Assembly: GCA_028023455.1 (NCBI GenBank)
Contig: JAQFVV010000005.1
Span: 22,134,001-22,198,000, forward strand
From: Epiperipatus broadwayi
Lineage: Eukaryota > Animalia > Onychophora
Length of the DNA: 64,000 nt
Reading direction: 5' to 3'
Below the pieces are notes generated by a model that saw only the letters and a list, made by a program, of their open reading frames with translations, was not told where the DNA came from and did not search any database. The position numbers and the translations under genes are program-made. Positions 26,320 through 39,470 of this stretch are shown here, piece by piece; the stretch's first letter is position 1, and every line of letters starts with the position of its first letter.

Positions 26320-28515
26320 AAGACGGAAGGTAGGGAAGAGAAAAATAGTATTACTAGATTATGAGGGAATAGAATGTAGCTCTAGAGAAGAATTAGAAAT
26401 AATCTTAAATAAGTATGTAATGTTAGATGTGCTAGCAAACATGAGAGAATATAGTAATGAGAAGATTAGGTTTACAGAAAATGAACTGAATGAGGCAGGT
26501 AAGAAATTGAAAAATGGAAAGGTAAGAGGTTTGGATGAATGGCAGCAGAGACGGTAATGAATTTAGGCCATAGGGCAAAATTAAAACTATTATCATGTAT
26601 TAATAAGATGGCACAGAAGAGATATTTCCCAGTAGTTGGAGTAATACAAAAGTAAGGCTACTATTTAAAGGAAAGGGTAAGGACCATAAAAAGTTAAATA
26701 ATTATAGATCAATAGCAGTAACATCAATGTTATATAAAGTTTTCTCATATATGTTTGCAAAATGGATGAAAGAAAATAATATAGTGGGAGAAATGCAAGG
26801 AGTTTTCAATCAGATAGGCATATAGAAGATAGTTTATTTGTAGTTACACAACTTATGGATATGAGTAGGAATACAGGTAGACAGTTATATATAACTTTTA
26901 TCGATATAGAGAAGGCATATGATAGAGTAAATAGAAATAGATTATGGGTAAGTTTAGTAAATTTGATAATGAATGGAACTTTAGTAGATATTATTAAGAA
27001 ATTATATGAAAATAATTACTATATGCATCAATTCCCTAGGGAATATTTAATCATTTAAAGTTAAAAATGAATTGAGTCTAAGGCAAGGATGCCTGATGTC
27101 ACCTATTTTGTTTTTGTTGTATTTGAGAGAAATGGAAAGAGCAATAAAAAGACTAAGAGGGATAGAGATACCATTAATTGGTGGCAAGAGAATATATACA
27201 TTGTTGGGTCTTTTATTTGTGGATGATGCTTTTTTGTGTGAAGAAAAAAGGGAAGGTATGGAAGTTATGCTGAGGACATGCACAAGAGTGAATAAAGAGA
27301 TGGGGATTAAATTTGATGAAAATAATCATGATTAATACTGGGAGAAAAGAAGACAACGACTTTTTATAAATGTAATGAATAGATACAACTATTTGGGAAT
27401 CATCTTAAGTAATCAGAGAAATTGCTCGGATGAATGGGAGAAAAAATTGATAAATGAAGTAAAGAAAAGAAAGGGATTGATAAAGAAATTAACAGTGTTC
27501 TCATATAATAATATGGAAGGGAGTGACAGAAGCAGGGTTAACATATGGTAACAATGCATTATGTGTTAGTAAAGGGGTATTATATTACTTAGAAAAGTAC
27601 AAAGAGAAGTAGGAAGACATGCATTAGATACAGATGTGTGGATGGTGAAGGAGGCAATTCAAGGAGAAATGGGATGCAAGTTTTTATATGAAAGATGCAA
27701 AAGAAAAATGAAAATGTTCAGTAGATTGCAGTTTATGAATAATAAAAGAATAGTCAAAATAGTATTTAATTGGGTTATGAGTAAAGGGCAGGCAACAAGA
27801 TGGGTGAGAAAAGTAATGCAATATGCAGAAGATTTGGATAAAGAATTTATGTCAGTATACTTATAGAAAAGGTTGGATGATTGTGTTAGAAGAATTGTTG
27901 AGTGTTATAGTGTTAAGGAATGGGATAGAAGAATAGATGCATTAATAAAGAATAGGGAGTTAGAGATGTAAAGAATTAGTATGGAGAGTAAAAAGAGTTT
28001 AAATATATATAGAAATAAAGAGAATATTGGGTGCAAGTTAATTTATGATAATAGCAAAGAAAGTAGTTTACTGTTTAAGGCTTGAACAAGATCTTTAACA
28101 ACAAGGGAATAAACACATAAATGGAAAAATATGGGTTGATTTAGTCTGTAAGTTGTGTAAGGAAGGCATAGAAAATATTAGGCATCTGTTAATTGAATGT
28201 AAATGCCTCCGAGCAGAAAGAGTACAAATAATGAAATTGTGGAAGAATAAATATAACAAAGTGATTATACAGAAAGTGGATTATTAGTTTTTATGCTGGG
28301 TTTGGTAAAAGATAAGGAGGATTTAGATATAGAGGCCATGGAGTTGACAAATATTATGTTGTGGAAATGGGATGGAGCAAGATAGAGAAGAATATGGGGA
28401 AACTTAGGGTGGGGAATGGAAAGGGAAATTAAAGTGGTTAATAGGTTTCTCTGGGCATAGTTGCTGAGAGATTTCTGATCCATATAAGGAGAAGTCACAG
28501 TGCATCACATCACAT
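26320..28515 (+). mobile_element. 5'-truncated non-LTR retrotransposon (RT plus C-terminal Cys/His knuckle), (ATCAC)n tail, pseudogenised
   Basis: NYRSIAVTS, LYITFIDIEKAYDRVNR, LRQGCLMSPILF, GLLFVDD, CK..IENIRHLLIEC; ends catcacatcacat; clade not determined. Confidence 0.9.
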
Positions 28516-29394
28516 ATAAAAAGATGTTAAGGTAATCAGATTTATCTCTAACTCAAAATATACTTTCATCATATAAATCAAATCTTAAATCAGAATCCCT
28601 TTTTTGGATAATCACTAAAAATGCTTTCAAACAATCCAAAAATTATAGTGTAAAAAATGATATTTTGAAAGATCCCTAATAAATTTTTTCTTCTATATTC
28701 AACTGTAGATATAACTGAATTTGATCTTTTTAGAAACCAATGGTTGTTTTTTAAAAATCTTCAGGGCTATCCATGGTCATTGCATTTTTTCATTCCAAAA
28801 ATAAAATTTAATAGTATCAAACTTTTTATGCACACACAAATAAACTATTCCATTATTTATTCACATGCTAAATAAATATCTAAATATCAACCAGCAATGC
28901 TGACAGATTTTTTGGGGATTATTTCCTAATAATTGTCTTTCACCAAAGCATGAACCACACAATTGGATAAAAGTGACAGTAGAATGGTGGTTTCTTGGGA
29001 ATATTTTTTGGAAATGTCCAAACCATTGTCATCCTTGCATAGAGTAATATGATCATATTTCACATTCTAAAACATCATAAATAATGTCTGAATAACTCAT
29101 TAAGTTGTAATAAGAAATAATTGAATAGTTAGTTGCTTATGAAGTCATGTGATCTTCAAGCATTTATATAGCAAAAGGATCTTTAATATGAGGACTTTTA
29201 GTTCTTAAGCTTTACTCTACTATGATATTTACTTACACAAAGCAGTTGTCATGTGGTAGAATCTTTTTTCTAATTCTAAATGTATTTGCTATTTAAATTT
29301 TTGACTTAATAATATTCTTTAAATTGTAGCATTTCATTGTAATGAAAGTAATCAGTTGTTTAATTTTTGCATGTCAGTACAATTTGTTTATCTT

Positions 29395-29580
29395 TATCTC
29401 TCTCTCTCTCCCTCCTTCCCTCTCCCTCCCCCTCTCTCTCTCTCCCCCTCTTTTTCTCACTCTCTCTCACTCTCCCCCCTCTCTCTCTCCCCCTCTCTCT
29501 CTCGCTCTCTCCCTATCTCTCTCCCTCTCTCTCTCCCTCTCTCTCTCTCCTTCTCTCTCTCTCTCCCCCTCTCTCTCTCA
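29395..29580. repeat. (CT)n-rich microsatellite
   Basis: Directly visible. Confidence 0.95.
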
Positions 29581-29984
29581 ATGAGTAAAAAAAAAATTCT
29601 AAAAATAAGGCAAAGGCTCAATGAATGCTGATAGTATTCATTCTAACTGAAATATTATTTTTATCTACTAAAAATTTAAATATATATATATATGTTTAAA
29701 TTGTGAAATGAATCATAAGCCAGGCAGAATTATTAGCTGATAAATATATAATCTAGCATTCTCAGCCTTGAAGCAAATTGGCCTTTTTTTAAGTTTCTTT
29801 GATTTAGCAGGATTGATTTTTATGCATGAATGCCTCAAGATAATGATAATATTTAAGGTTATGTTCATTGATGTAACCAGATATATGGTCTTGAAAGATC
29901 TACAATATCTCTGACATAATTCGATATTGAACCATTTTCTTTCCCTATATATAAAGAATATTGATTTATACATATAATGAGGCT

Positions 29985-30660
29985 AGATGTCACGAATGTG
30001 GATGTATAGATTTCAACAAGGTGGGTGATTAAGGTAATATGGGGTGCAGAAGTTTTGGATAAAGGATTGTTGAGTGTTATAGTAGCAAAGAATGGGAGAG
30101 AAGAATAGATGTGTTAATAAAAAAAATAGGGAACTGGAAATCTAGTATGGAGAGTAAAGAGAGTCTAAATGTATATAGAAGTAAACATAATATTGGGTAT
30201 GAGTTAATTTATGATAAAAGCAAGGAAAGTATTCTGCTGTTTAAGGCTTAAACAGGAACATTAGCAACAAGGGAAATATACACATAAATGGAGAAATGTG
30301 GGTGATTTTGTTTGGAAGTTATGTAAAGAAAGCATGGAAAATATTAGGCATCTGTTAACTGAATATAAATGCTTACAAGCAGAAAGGTTACAAATAATGA
30401 AGTTATGGGGAAATAAATATAAACTAAGTGATTATACAGAAAGTGTGTTATTGATCTTCATGCTAGGTTGGGAAAAAGATATGGGGGATCTAGATATAAA
30501 GGTCATGGAGTGGATAAAGATGATGTCATGGAAATAGGATAGAGCAGGATAGAGAAGAATGTGGGAAAAAGTATGTGGCTAATAAGTTTTTCTGGCCATA
30601 GTGGCTAAGAGATTTCTGACTTCGATAAAGTAATAGCCATATCACATCACAACATCACAT
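29985..30660 (+). mobile_element. 3' fragment of the same (ATCAC)n-tailed LINE
   Basis: Colinear with about 27770-28515; LCKESMENIRHLLTEYKC; tail atcacatcacaacatcacat. Confidence 0.88.
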
Positions 30661-30989
30661 TAAAAATGAACTGACATTTTTTCTAAAAATAAAAAAACAA
30701 ATAATTTTGAGTAATTTTTATTGATTTTAAGTTGAGATACTCTTTTCTTTATTTTAATGATAATTTGACACCTCAGTCTCATATATAGTTTTATCAAATC
30801 GATTTTCAGATAATTATATTTTTTTTACTAGTAAGGATCCCCTTTATCTTTACTGTCAGCCAATGATGAAACTCAATGAATACTTGATGATAATGCGAAC
30901 TGATTGCCCAATCTGTTTTTTTTTTTTAACTGATCTTCATCTAGACCAGATGAATATGTTTATATATATTCATTTAATGGCTAATATAT

Positions 30990-31300
30990 ATTTTAAGTTT
31001 TAAGATACAGCCAACAACACTATCATTTGATATTTCATATAAGAAATCATGTGATGTTGTTGTTGCTATTAACTTTCGAGTCAAAAATAGAAGAGGACAT
31101 CCAGTGCCAGATCTATATAATTATATAAGCAAATTGACTTGGGTTTAAAGCGTTAATGTTTTTTTAAAATTTCAATCCATTAATTTAAATAGTATAAAGA
31201 AATAGAACGATAGTATCTAGATACATAAGTGTATTTAATTTAGCTGTGAACCCCACCTCACTGATAAATATCCAGCAGACCAATTCACTGGAGTGGCAGT
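30990..31300 (+). repeat. Family G repeat copy with decayed hammerhead
   Basis: aattgacttgggtttaaa block followed by cacctcactgataaat...cagacc..ctggag. Confidence 0.55.
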
Positions 31301-31399
31301 TTGATATTTTTCCAATTATTGTTTTAATCTTTTCTTTAAAAATGGTTAGATATCTATTTATCAACAATTCTGAATGTTTATCAGAGTCAGCTAAGCCAA

Positions 31400-31640
31400 T
31401 GTCTAAACCTGCGAACCTAAAGAAACTTTTGCCTGATCCAAATTCGAACTCAATTCGTAGGAATAGAAGGCAAATATTTATATTATTCCATAAGACTTTT
31501 TAAATGGACATATATGTTAAAAGAAAAGCAATATCTAAACTTGATAACCTGAAGAAAGTTTTGCCTGATCCAAATTCGAACTCAATTCGTAGGAATAAAA
31601 GGCAAATATTATTCCATAAGGTTTTTTAAATAGGCATATA
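31400..31640 (+). repeat. 132-bp tandem duplication
   Basis: ttttgcctgatccaaattcgaactcaattcgtaggaata.aaggcaaatatt at about 31427 and 31559. Confidence 0.9.
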
Positions 31641-31751
31641 TATTATAAATCTCATTTATAATCTTATGAAAACCTCTCTGGTATTAAATTTTCTTTCGTT
31701 AATTAATTTAAAATATAAAGATTTGAAATAGAAAGTAATATTAAATGTTAA

Positions 31752-32198
31752 CCGTTCGATTTGTTGTTTATTTGTTGATCTATCTTCGCTCATTTGCTTA
31801 GTTAAAAAGTGATGAAATTGTAGTGAAACAAACTAATAATTTACTGTTTACTCCAGGATTTCTGCTATGTGATGTTTTATTGTGAAGATCTGGAATGAAA
31901 GAGGGGGGAGGGGATATTAAAACCTAACGTCACGACGACTTTGTAAAACCTACACAACTAGTTTATCAAGTTTGAGTTAATATTTAGTTCATCGATCCCT
32001 CTCCCCCACTTATTATTGAGGAAAAATATGCGAGTGCATTTTAATAATATCAAACCATCACTAGAATATAACTGTTTTTATCGGAAGTTAATTTTTTATT
32101 GTTGTGCAAGGTTATGTTTCTGGGTTACAGTTTACAAGGTTATAGGCTTAGATCTATCATTTGTATTGTTTACATGCGGAGATAAAACGGCATAAGGG
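31752..32198. mobile_element. Possible piggyBac-like MITE (or CpG-retaining regulatory patch)
   Basis: TTAA|CCG at 31748-54 and GGG|TTAA at 32196-202, CpG-rich interior; TIR similarity weak. Confidence 0.3.
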
Positions 32199-32539
32199 TT
32201 AAATTATCTATCATTCGCATATGTAAATTACGATGTAATTATTTCCTTGAAGCTATTTATATTTGAATTAGCAGACATTTGCTACATATTAAAATCAAAT
32301 TAAAAGAATATGATTTTGAATTAACAGACATTAATATATATGCTATGTGTTAGAACCAAATTAAAAGAATGTGATATATTTAATTCAGAAGTAAATTATT
32401 TTAAAAGTAGATCTTTAATGCATGATTAGCCTACAAATAAAAATAATATAATCCAAATTAACGGTAGGTTGTTTTTGGTACCAATAATAGCAGTAATAAT
32501 AATGATGATGATGATGATAAAATGATTATATTGCATGGG

Positions 32540-33150
32540 AGTTTGTAAGAAGCTTGAGTGCTGGAAGCAACAAAGCTGAGCTGTGGCTCATGACATCTGC
32601 CACTCGAGTATTGGACCAAACCATGGGTGGGTATGACGAGATACTCCAGAAGAATAATTGCATGCTTACTTTTCTGTTTTTTCCCCCTTCTTTTTGTTTG
32701 GTGTTTTTAATTATTCTATATTCTTATTATAAACCCAAAATGAGATTCCAGAATTACTTCCTTCTGAATTCATAAACCCTCTCTTTTGGGCACAATAATT
32801 TGTCATTTAAATAGGAAGTGCTGAAGGGTTTCGTTGTCTGTCCTTTTCTGCTTGGCATGAGAAATGTCATCAACTCCTGCCTTTCCTCGCACAGAAACAC
32901 CATCTTCAAACTCCAAGAATCCATAGAAACAGAGGTCTTTGCAGCTATTAGACTATCAGTTTTTCTCATCTATGCTCTCTGGTTGCTCCGATGTGCCATT
33001 ATCCTTGACCAAAGAGTACATTCAGTCAAGCAAAAGCTCTTGGATCTAATTCGCACTCTCAAAACCCATGATACCAAACTAGTCCCACCTCCACTCCTCA
33101 CAGACACTTGGGCAATCCTCAAACTTCCATCCTCTCAGCCTCTGTCATAG
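32540..33150 (+). mobile_element. Decayed L1/Tx1-like ORF2 C-terminal region
   Basis: 110-aa ORF with LIYALWLLRCAII resembling L1/Tx1 C-termini, preceded by a GYDEIL knuckle-like remnant. Confidence 0.45.
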
Positions 33151-33750
33151 GACTCATATCACGAAGACATGCATTTCTAACCAGCCTGGACTACACACCA
33201 TTCCCCCTCTCCACTTCCCATTCCTTTTTTACATGTATCCTTCCCCTCTTACCATGTTGCTCCTGAAATTTCATTTGTTTTACTGCATCTGTTTTTTTAA
33301 ACATCTCATCACTGAGAAAATTAATTTGTCATTTGGATCTGAATATTTTACACAATGTTGTTTAAATCAAACATGCAAATTAAAGTATGCCTAATTTTGT
33401 TTTATGAAAATGTTATACTATAAATATAAGTTTATGCATTGTAATATGTTAATTCTCTTCTATGTTTAATTAACATTAATCTATGCTTATCTGATGGTAA
33501 AGTATTTGTTTGATAAATTGTTCAAGAAGTCACATGACATTCAGAATCCTATTAGCAATCGAGCATTTAACAATTTTCTTGATTTAATCCAAATTGAGTT
33601 TTATATATATGCTTTTATAAACTTATTCTTTTTTATCCAATCTTTCTATTTGAGCAATCTTGTAACTTAATGTATTCCTGATAACAATATAATTTTTTTC
33701 AGAATTTGCAAACAATTTTAGCAAAAACAATTTAGTGAAAAGTTTATATA

Positions 33751-33950
33751 GGATGTGATGTGATGTGATCTATTGTGGCTTCTCCTTAAACGAAGTCAAG
33801 AATATCTCCGCAATTATGCCCAGATAAACCTGTTAGCCACTTTATTTTCCATTCCCCACTCTAAATTTTCCCATATTTTGCTCCATCCCATTTCCACAAC
33901 ATAATCTTTGTCAACTCTATAACCTTTATATCTAAACCCCCTTTATCTTT
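33751..33950 (-). mobile_element. 3' end of the (ATCAC)n-tailed LINE
   Basis: gatgtgatgtgatgtgat tail; reverse complement matches 28320-28510. Confidence 0.85.
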
Positions 33951-34731
33951 ATAATACTGTCATCTAGTGCTATTAAATTGTATCTAAACTTCTGATTTTC
34001 TGAAACTATATAAAAGTAAAAAATAAATATAAAAAAATTAAAACTTCTGCTAATCTTCTATTCACAAATCCGATTTCCAAATAATGATTTTAATAGACTT
34101 GTATCTAATGCCCACTTTGAATAAGTTGGTATTGGTACAAAAAAATGGATATGTTTGTTTGGGAATCTGATCTATGAATTTCTAAACATGCTACCTTTAA
34201 AAAAAAATTTTTTTCTTACACTTTGAATACACTTTCAATAAAAGCTTTTCTATAAAAAATATTTCTTTATATATATTTTTTCTTTATTATTTAGCTGAAA
34301 ACCTCCAGACCTAAATTCCCATAACTGCTGTTGTGCTAAACTGTAATGAACTGATGGTTAATAGTTATAATGTTTTGAGATTAACTCATTACCATTGTTT
34401 AAATATAATTAAATAGACCTCTAGTGCCAGAAAATTACAATACATTTTTAAACTCAAAAGATATCACTTTAACTTTTTTCACCTTCATATATCAGGAGGA
34501 TTGTCTATAATGCTCTTGCTAGAATGGGGTGAATGTTTAATCAATCAGAAATTTATTTCTAAATATTTTAAAATTTGATTGGCGTATATATCTGGCAATT
34601 ATAAAATCTCTTTCATTTTTAAATTCACCAACGATCATTTAAATTCTAATACTATGTAATAAATGATAATTAATATATTTATCAAATTACATAATTCTAA
34701 TTAACATCTAAAATAATACCTTGTAAGTATA

Positions 34732-34762
<31 letters not shown>

Positions 34763-34765
<3 letters not shown>

Positions 34766-37697
34766 AACAGGATGGGGGGGTATAAAGAAGTGGAAATGAT
34801 AGTACTCATACCTGGGGTGATGGAAAAACATCATCACTCCCAAGTTAACAATATAATAAAATATCAGATTAATTATTAAAGTAATATTTAATAATTCAAA
34901 GTATTTAGAGAGCACTTTTATATATTAAAAAGAGCATGAGATTAGAACATCTCTGTGAGAGATCAGCCAGTTACTCCTCAGAGCAAACATAATAATTACC
35001 TATACATCAACCAGCATTATAATAAAAGTAAGTACAAGTAATACTCAAACTACTATTCATCATCATGAATTATCCACAATAAAATATAATAAAATCAGTA
35101 CAATAAATCAACAATCAACCTTGTGACTGGATCGGAAAATGGGTCTTCTGTAGACCAGGCTAACTATTGAGCCTTTCTCAGCTTGGGGCAATTATTTAAC
35201 CATTAATTTGGAGGCACAAACTAAGTGTGAATCCATCAGAATACATAACCAGAAAAATCTAAACAATAATGCTGGGATACAAAAACATGCTGATCATCAT
35301 CAATGCTCAGGCCACTTGTACTGGCCAACTATAAACCTAACTTCTAATAAGACTAAATTAAAATAAAAGGTAGTGCATGGGTTTTAAAGAATATAATCTT
35401 ACGTGCCAATCAGGATGATGATGATTGATCATTGCTGGATGCCCCCAAAGCACTAATATACATCCTCATTTATATATTCATCCTGTGCACAAATCTAGCT
35501 CAGAGAACATAAGCCCTATTACTGTATGTGACCAACAAATGATGATTTAATACAATTTTAACAATTAAATACAAGTTTATTAATTACAAAAAAATAAATG
35601 ATATTAATAAGATCTGCAAAACCAGGCTTCTGATTTTGAATAGTATACTATAAAAAAATTATCACATTTGTGACTTACAAAATTCAAATTATTACATTGA
35701 TTTACATGATTAATACATTAGGTTTATTTAGAACCCATTCAGCACACTGGCATGTGGCTTGATACAAAATAAACATGTTTACATTGACATTTAATGAAAA
35801 ACAAATGATTAAAATTTTACATCTAAGTGTCTATCTGACACACATTGGTATTTGCCATACAATTGATGGGTATACGCACACACACATTTATGTGCATGAA
35901 ATTTATGAGCATATTTAACTTTTACTTAAAAGTAATAAATGGTTAAACTTTTTAATTTATATTTTTAATAAGACCATACCTATACTAAGTTTACCAAAAC
36001 ACATATATCAAATTGCACAGATTCTTAACATAACAAATTTAATTTTGTCAAAACAATTAAAAACTTTAATTTTTATAATTACAAATTTCATTTTGAATAT
36101 ATATAAAATTTACATACTTGTTATGATATTAAAAGTTATTTTCACAATTATTCTTTGTTGAAAATGTATAAATTGCTTTCCTTATTTTATAATAAGTTCC
36201 ACTCTTTATCGATTAGTTTTTTAAAAGAAATAAATACTATCAACTTTTTTTCTTTTAAAACAAAGTCAATTTTTTTGACAGGTCACTTTTTATTGTTGAT
36301 TAATTAATTATCAATGCTTTTAAATTTAAATTATAGAATCATGGATTCTTTATTTTTTTTTAAATATAATTTTTTTAAAATAATGTCCAGAGGATTGTTG
36401 TTCAAAAACGTCTCTCTTGCCTTTAAAACCAGATGGTCAATGAATTATTCTTGACTCTTAATTATAATTCAAGCAAAATTACTTTATATTCTTTAAAATA
36501 TATAGATTTTTAACCGACTTAAAAATAATATTGTTCTATGTATGTCTATTTTTATATGAATTATTTTAAAATATCTCACCAGCTAATATGTTTATGTGTG
36601 CTTCTCTGCATATAGCTGAAATAACATACATATTAATTCTTCATCCACCGATGGTTTCTCTTGGGCAAACTGGTTCATTTGGTCCATCAGAAAAATATAA
36701 TCCAGGTTTATTGTCATCATCAGGTAAAATTATTGAAGTAATTTTTTGGCACACCATGAGCTTCCTTCTATAGTCCAAGCAATTGTCAGCATCAGGAAGA
36801 GGTACAATTCAGGTGATTTGTTAGCATGCCATGAGCTTTAGCCTGTCCTGGATTGGCAAGCTGGGGTTCCCTGGGCAAGCTGGAAGATTTTTCTTGGTAA
36901 GTTTGGTTTTAGTCATTGTCATCATCAGGAAAAATATAATCCGTGTAAAATGTTGGGTCTGTAGTTGGCCTCTTTCTGTCTAGGATTATTTCAGGCGAGC
37001 ATCTATCTTGGTTTGATAGATTTCAGGCAAGCAACTGTCCTCTACACATTTAAGGCTATGACTTTCAGCACAAAGAAGTGGATCATTTTTCTCCATGTGA
37101 ATTCAAACTCCTGTGAAGGAAAATAGTAACAGTTTCTGAATCTACTGTCCTGCCTTCAGCTACATCAGTTCATGGTAGTTATTCTGCCAACTCCATGGTC
37201 AGCTAAATCCAACTGCTGCAAACTTCAACAAGCTGCAACAAAATATTGTAACCAACTTTGCAGCTGATATTTTTATCAGCCCTTTTATCGAATCATCTAA
37301 GGTGATAACAACACCTTGATTGAAAACAGTTTATTTTTATCTCTTTAATCCCATGGAATTTACATACATGTTTTACTTAGATAATAGAAATTTACAAATT
37401 AATTAACGATTTCAAAAATAGACATTTTTTAAAATTATCAGAAAACATGCATACTTTTAAATTTCAAAATCAGAATTACAAATAATATTTACCAGACCTT
37501 TTTAAAATATTAATTTCATAATGAAATTTTATTTTAAATCCAGAGTTATGTAACCCTTTACTTATTATGATTTTATTTTAGAAAATATGGAAAAATATCT
37601 ACAAAAATGTATGTCTGTGTTTATTTTCACTTTTCCTTTATATATATGCACACACACTATATTATTATGTGTATACCATGTAACCCAACTGGTTACA
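34763..37697. mobile_element. About 2.9-kb TGTAAC...GTTACA element within (TA)n
   Basis: (TA)n|TGTAACAGGATGGG...CCCAACTGGTTACA|(AT)n; ends match 11/14 as inverted repeats; decayed ORF-like interior near 36640-37320. Confidence 0.55.
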
Positions 37698-37722
37698 ATA
37701 TATATATATATATAGAAAGAGA

Positions 37723-37835
37723 GAGCTTTCAAATAAGCTCTTAACAAGATTTGCAGAATATCCCCAATCCCAGACCGGTTTCTGCTACTGGTTTCCTCAG
37801 TGAGCTCTATATATAACATTTGTAATACAAGCTTG
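37723..37835 (-). mobile_element. Family C hammerhead-bearing short repeat
   Basis: Homologous to 53601-53698 and 54861-54958; core CTGAGGA..GAA-ACCGGT-C at 37769-37804 with weakened helix II. Confidence 0.75.
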
Positions 37836-38289
37836 TTAAATTAGGTTATGTGACATATGACTTGATCTAAGAAGTTATGGCAGCTCAATGGTCACAATAG
37901 TTATACAAAATATTTCATTTTACAACAAATGTCTTTAAAATATCTGACGAGAGATCTGCTAATCTGGGCTACTATATCCATACTATCTCTTGATTTTTCG
38001 GCTGTCCCTATTAATGTGTTTCAAAAATGAATTGATGGAATGGATGTTCTAAGTCCATTTAATAAAGAAATTTTATATGGAAAAGGAAATATGTTAAGTT
38101 ATTAATTATGTTTATGTTTAATTAAAAATATATATATTAATTTTTAAATGAAATTTACTATATCTGGATTAGGAATGATGTGATAATCTCTAGTCTAATA
38201 AATGGTTAATATTAATTATTAGTGAATTTATTTTGAGTGACTGATGTAAAAAAAAATTAAGTGCATAAAATTTGACACTTGTGAATCAA

Positions 38290-38830
38290 AGTGCCACTGG
38301 GTGGCACTACTGTATGGAGAGTTTTGCCTTTGTTAATAACAGATGTGCTAGCATAAGAAATGATGATCATGTGATGCTTAGTGGTTTAACACCAATCCTG
38401 CCTAATAGGACAGTGGTGGCTATGGTTGTTAAAGAGCCAAAGACACCAAAATGTATGGGTACTGAAATGAGTTCAGACTCATATGACTATATAAGCTATT
38501 GAGCTTAGATTGAAAAATATTATTATGTTTTTAATTTTATTCTCATAGTTTTGTAGTTAAGTAGAGATAAAAGATAGCTTCTGGAGGGTTGCATTAGATC
38601 CTAAGATCTAGGTACAGTGCTCTCAGATCCAAAGCTCCTCACTGACGAAGGCCACAAGCCAGAAACTAGTCTGGGGATATTGGATAAGTAGGCACTAGCT
38701 GGGGATTTTATGCACAAGCCTTTGGCATCCATTGATTACTCTGATTGGCACTAAGTGGCACTACTGTATGGAGAGTTTTACCTTTGCTAATAACAGGTGT
38801 GCTAGCATAAGAAATGGTGATCATGTGATG
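38290..38830 (+). mobile_element. Family B element: one 454-bp unit with about 75-bp terminal redundancy
   Basis: 38301-38375 repeated at 38755-38830; short inverted GTGCCAC at the 5' end. Confidence 0.85.
38636..38677 (+). ncRNA. Minimal type I hammerhead ribozyme
   Basis: TCCTCA-CTGACGA-AGGC(CACAA)GCCA-GAA-ACTAGT-C|TGGGGA. Confidence 0.82.
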
Positions 38831-39454
38831 AAAGTAATATATTTATGACCTGGCCAAGTGAAGAATGCTGGTTCAACATAAAATGTACTTTGGAAGGCAT
38901 TTCCCTTTTTCAGTTGTCTTTATTCCTATGTTTCAAGAATATGTATTAGAAAATAAGTTTATATATATATAAAGGAAAAGGTTAATAAAGTTGACTTATT
39001 CTGTATTTTATATTTAATTGGAAAAAAAAACGGTTTATATCTGAATTAAGGAAAATCTCTACTTTAATAAATAATAATTAATATATTCATCTAAGGTGTT
39101 TGGTATCAAAGTTATCAGGGCAAAAATTTTCACAATTGTAAATTAAATTGTAACAACATATATGTATAAAATAATAAAAACATGCTTATATATTGTTAAA
39201 AATCCACATCAGTTGCGGATGATATTAACTCTATTCAAGAATTGAATAATTAACTTTTGAACTCTAAAATAAAAATATGTTTTAAAGTGCAAGTACAGGA
39301 GTAGCAGATTCTGGAGCTTAAGATCCATTATTCATGGCCCAGCCCTGTCACTTTTTGGTACTTAATTTGAGGGTTTACCTATGGCTATCAGCACCACCAA
39401 GCAGGCAGTAGTGCTGGCAGCTACTTGGCATAAGGTTCGCATATGCATGGTGAA

Positions 39455-39470
39455 CAGCGCCACCTAGCGG
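39455..39470 (-). promoter_or_regulatory. Strong CTCF-motif match
   Basis: CCGCTAGGTGGCGCTG on the minus strand fits the CTCF core consensus; motif only, no binding data. Confidence 0.5.

Noticed and set aside
29342-29631. Three overlapping Leu/Ser-rich ORFs
   Set aside because: Artefacts of the (CT)n microsatellite
31244-31503. Apparent exon/ORF after tttag acceptor
   Set aside because: Its 5' part is a family G repeat with a decayed hammerhead and its 3' part is the tandem duplication
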